From the NCBI RefSeq assembly GCF_009914755.1, contig NC_060932.1: 64,000 nt of DNA; one strand, given 5' to 3'. Position 1 is the stretch's first letter. The number at the start of each line of letters is the position of its first letter. Shown one piece after another: positions 59,686-64,000 of the stretch. Made by a program: the position numbers and the translations under genes. Below the pieces are notes generated by a model. It saw nothing but the letters and a program-made list of their open reading frames with translations, was not told the DNA's origin and searched no databases. Source of the stretch: the human T2T-CHM13v2.0 reference genome, Homo sapiens.

Positions 59686-62600
59686 AAGTTTTCATAATTT
59701 CTAATATCTTACTCTATTAGAAGAAACTGTGCCTAAATATAAACTTCAAGTTTAAAACTGTTTAGAGTTCATTCCTAACTCCTGACCTTACTTTTAGGGT
59801 AGTAGAAAGCTACCATATAGATTCATTCTGAGTGCTTACAGAAGTTCAGTTCAATAGAGTAAGACCCTGTATATGATGGTCCATACCTTTCCTTAGCTGT
59901 TGACATCCAACAGGATATAGTAGCAGATTCAAAATTGTCAATTCAATGCAGGAGGATTCCAGGTTGGCCTCAAGAGGGAGCATCCTTTTAAAAATAGATT
60001 CCCCTTCAGGTAAATGACTTTTGTGTATCACAAAAAAATGAATGGGAAGATACACTAGATAACAAAATATTAAGACATTTAGGAGCAGGACCTGATTTTC
60101 GTAATGCTCCCACAGTAGAAGGCACTAAAGGGTATGAAAACAAACAAGCAGGCCCTGACCTTTATAAATAAGCTTTGGGTTAACAATGAGAAAGAGACCC
60201 AGAATCAAATACATGCATGAAAGTCTGAACTCATAGCCTTTATTTTACCATTGGCCATTAACCTTTCTATGACCTACTTAGTTTTAAGAATCAAATGAAA
60301 TAATGTGCACATTCAAATTTAGTCATTTTTATCTAGCACCGAGTAAAACAAATTAATGTTACTGGTAACTGAAAAATACTCCTTTAAGTTGCAAAGATTA
60401 AAAACAAAGTAATGAAAGTCTTTATATAGTGTATTAGTTCTACGGTCTTAGCAAATTATCCCGCATAACTCAATCATTTCTTAGTGGCTGAGGGTCATTA
60501 TGAGGAACAGTATGATAATGGTATGTCACGAGCACCTCAGAGACCAACACACACAGTAAAAGCATTCCACCATCTGGAACTGCTTTGCTCTCTCACTGCA
60601 GTAACTTCTCGTTTCTTTTTTGTGTGACTAGATGATTCAAATCTGCTTTATTTTACACACAACTATGGTGGGTCTAGTGTGACTCCAAAGTCTGTCCCTG
60701 ACTATATAGGACACATTCTCCTTGCTTTTCCTAGGCCTTTTGTTGTTATTGTTAACTCCTCACTCACTGCCTACAATATTGGTAAGAGAGCATGAGGTTA
60801 TCAGTCCAAGTTTGGCCTCTACTTAAAACGGATATTGCTTCTAGGTTAGGTCCGTCACTTTCTATCAAGTGTTAACTGACCTCATAATCTCTGAAAAGTA
60901 GTATACGACTCACAAAATAATATATAACCTTTATTACTGATTATTAATGCAACTATCATTAATTGAGCACTTACAGCATAAAGCTTTGAGGTGTTTTAAG
61001 TATATTAACTCATTTAAGTCTTCATAAAATTTCATGTAACAGCATTATTTTTAGGGATGGGAAACGAAGGAAAGGGATTAAATAACTTCCTTAAGCTTTT
61101 ACAGCTAGTAGGAGGCAAAACTGAGGTTGAGTTCTAGATCTATCTGACACCAAACCCTGTGTCCCTCAACACTGTTGATTGCTGAGTCTGGTATCATCAT
61201 TTTATAGAAAATAAAGCAGACTGAGGAAACTGAAGTCATTCTGAGTCTTAGTTCATGCATCTATAAAATGGGAATAACAATACTTTCCTACCTCTTTGAC
61301 AAGATGCAAAGTTATACGAAAATGTGAAAATGTGGAAAGTATCAAATTTAACAGGGTCTCATGCTGACTACACAATGCCAGGAAGCACTATTCCCACATA
61401 AAGTGTCAGTTTTCCTGAAGCAGTAAAGGGAATGCCATTTATATTAGATTCTATGTTAATAGTGTCTCCTGAGCTGTGCACCACAAATGGCCATATGTAA
61501 GGATATACGTGTGTGTGTGTGTGTGTGTGTGTACACACAAAAATATATATTAGTGTGAAGTGAATTAATTTTATTGTGCTGCCTAGATACAATAAAACCA
61601 GTGATAACTAAACAGTGATAACTGAACAAGTCCTTAACAAAAAAAAAAAAAAAAGCTTATATAAAGCCTTTTTGTCATAAATAATGAGGTAATTAAACTA
61701 CTTTAAGTCCATGGTGATTACCTCCCTTTTCTTTAAAGCCAAATCAACTGCATGGTTATATTCACAGATATTTATATAGATAATTGTAGAAATGCCTACA
61801 TCTATTTCTAATTTCTCTGGTTCATAAAAGAATAAAGGTTCAAATTACTCTATTTACAGGGAAAAGTCAAGCCTATTAAAAACGGTTTAGATGTATTTAA
61901 AATAATTCTTTCACAATGGGATTTACAATGCCTGGTAAATCAGTATATATCACTGCTAGGCTTTTCCTTGAAACTAAAATTAGAGTGACTGCCTTTGCAT
62001 GTTCCAAAATTTGTTCTTATCCAGTTGAGTATGAAGACTGACCAGAAAATTTAAAATCCGCTCTAGCCGCCAAGACACTACAATGAAAACATGAAAATTT
62101 AGAATACCGAGACTTACAGGAGTAACAGGGATAAACCATCCTTCTAAAACAAAGACTGTTTTGCATTTGCTTTTTGAGCTATGACATTTCTAAATAGTTC
62201 CTTCTACTCAAGGCCCAGTATTTTAAATATGGACTACAAAGATATAATGATACATAATCAGAACAAAACCTCTGCACTACTTACGCAGTAGCAGTGACAG
62301 AGAAGCACCGACTGATCCATCCACCAGCACACCTGTGGCTCCCATAACCAACAGCTAAACACCCATGTGCTTGGCAGTATAAATGTAGAAATCCCCTAAT
62401 AACGTTAAGTCAAGGCCTTAACACAACCTTGGTTACTTAAAACACCACTTCCTAGCACAGATGCATCCAGGTCAGAGAAAATGCAAGCACTCACATTTTC
62501 CATACTTCTATCACCAAATACATCTGCCACAGGATTACATGGCAGCAGGACTTACAAAGCTGGACATTTCTAGTGGTGTTTTCATTAACACAGAGGTCCC

Positions 62601-62906
62601 TCAGAATTAAAAACCATACGAGCCTCAGGTGATAACATCCCCGTTAACCTGTTTCTCCTTTTCTTTATCCATATTTTCTAGTCTTTCCACAATAAATTTC
62701 TACTGCTGTTATACAGGGAAAAAAGCAAAATCAAATAAATGAGCTTTTACTTATTATGTTCACAATATCTAGGGAAGTATAATTGACCAAAGAGAATCGC
62801 AGGAGCTCAGAAATGGGTCAGTGCAAATGAACCACTGTTAAAAATAAATCTAAACCATATGAACCTAGGCAGCATACACATACCACCCTAAAAATAAATG
62901 ACATGA

Positions 62907-63210
62907 GGCCGGGCAAGGTAGCTTTCTCCTCTAATCCACTTTGGGAGGACAAGGCAGGAGGATGGCTTGAGCCCATGACTTTGAGACAAGCCTGGGCAAC
63001 ATACTGAGACACCTATCTCTACAAAAAATGAAAGAAAAAAACAATTAGCCGGGCATCGTGGCACATGCCTGTAATCCCAGCTACTGGTGAGGTTGAGGTT
63101 GGATTGCTCGAGGTCAGGAGGTGGAGGATGCAGTGAGCCGAGATCGCACTACTGCACTCCAGGCTGGGTGACACAGCAAGGCCCTGTCTCAAAAAAAAGA
63201 AAACAAAAAA
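62907..63210 (+). mobile_element. Alu (J-type)
   Basis: Diverged forward dimer. Confidence 0.9.
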
Positions 63211-63310
63211 ACACTCAAATCCCAAATTTAGCATAGAATGCCTGGAAAATAAAGAGAATATATCATTATTCAGTAAATTATATGCCACTAGTTAAAAAAA
63301 AAAACAAAAA

Positions 63311-63349
63311 ATATATATATACATATATATGTATATATATATATATATA
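63311..63349. repeat. (TA)n microsatellite
   Basis: Read directly. Confidence 0.9.
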
Positions 63350-64000
63350 GCTTCAGAAACCTTAAATGATCTGTAGAAATAACCTGATAAACTAGCTACA
63401 GAGGCTAAATAGGTAGTACAGTTTACACAATTAACAGTGTGTATTTACAGCCCCCTTGCATCTAAAGGAATCAAAGAACATTCACTATATAATTACCTGG
63501 TATCCCACCACCACCTTCTTCTCTTGTTAAAGATTCTGACTTTTACCATTCATTCCATGTACTTGTTATTCAACAGAATTCTGACTGACATTTTTAATAT
63601 GCACGAATATATTGTTTCTGTTTATACATAAGTCTGAAAGCATTCATACCAAACTGTTAAAAAACCATTACCCCAGCAAACCATGAGGAGCAGACACAGA
63701 TGATGGGGGCCTGCTTGTTTAACTCCATTTAATTTAGTAATTTAAATCTTATTTCTGAATATACAATAATTTTTCAATAAAAAGATTAATAACCACATAC
63801 AATATTGTAAGCCACAACATTTCCTTCTAGATGACACAAAGGGATCTAAATTCATCCCCTGAATAGGTTTCCTACGTTAAATATACTAGCATAGGCCATA
63901 GATCCAGACACCAAACTCCAGATACCACGTATCATTTCTAAACACTGAACTGCTAACACATGCAGGGCTGACCCTTGCCCAGAGTGGACCATTGGTCATG

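Noticed and set aside
59700-64000. PCMTD1 promoter or first exon
   Set aside because: There is no CpG island or GC-rich segment in the window, so the main promoter presumably lies beyond position 64000.

Overview
This is AT-rich, Alu/L1-dense primate DNA (human-like) with no prokaryotic-type systems. The whole window lies inside the PCMTD1 gene (protein-L-isoaspartate O-methyltransferase domain-containing 1) on the minus strand. Four coding exons join in frame with canonical GT-AG sites: 32884-32483 (95 nt 5'UTR plus 307 nt CDS), 17405-17303, 5341-5170 and 3224-3101. Together they encode residues 1-235. The promoter/first exon and the last exon lie outside the window. The remainder is intron containing about 22 Alus, a ~4.2 kb decayed L1, a solo ERV1 LTR with a target-site duplication (TSD), MaLR LTRs and hAT/TcMar MITEs. 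The best leads are: (1) a candidate 15-nt poison microexon whose stop codon forms only at the splice junction; (2) a non-Alu 44-bp inverted repeat that pairs fully only on the transcribed strand; (3) back-splice-compatible circles of 402 and 801 nt, both multiples of 3, that would encode a new C-terminus; (4) further cryptic exons and templated local duplications. Repeat family names come from remembered consensus sequences, and repeat boundaries are approximate.
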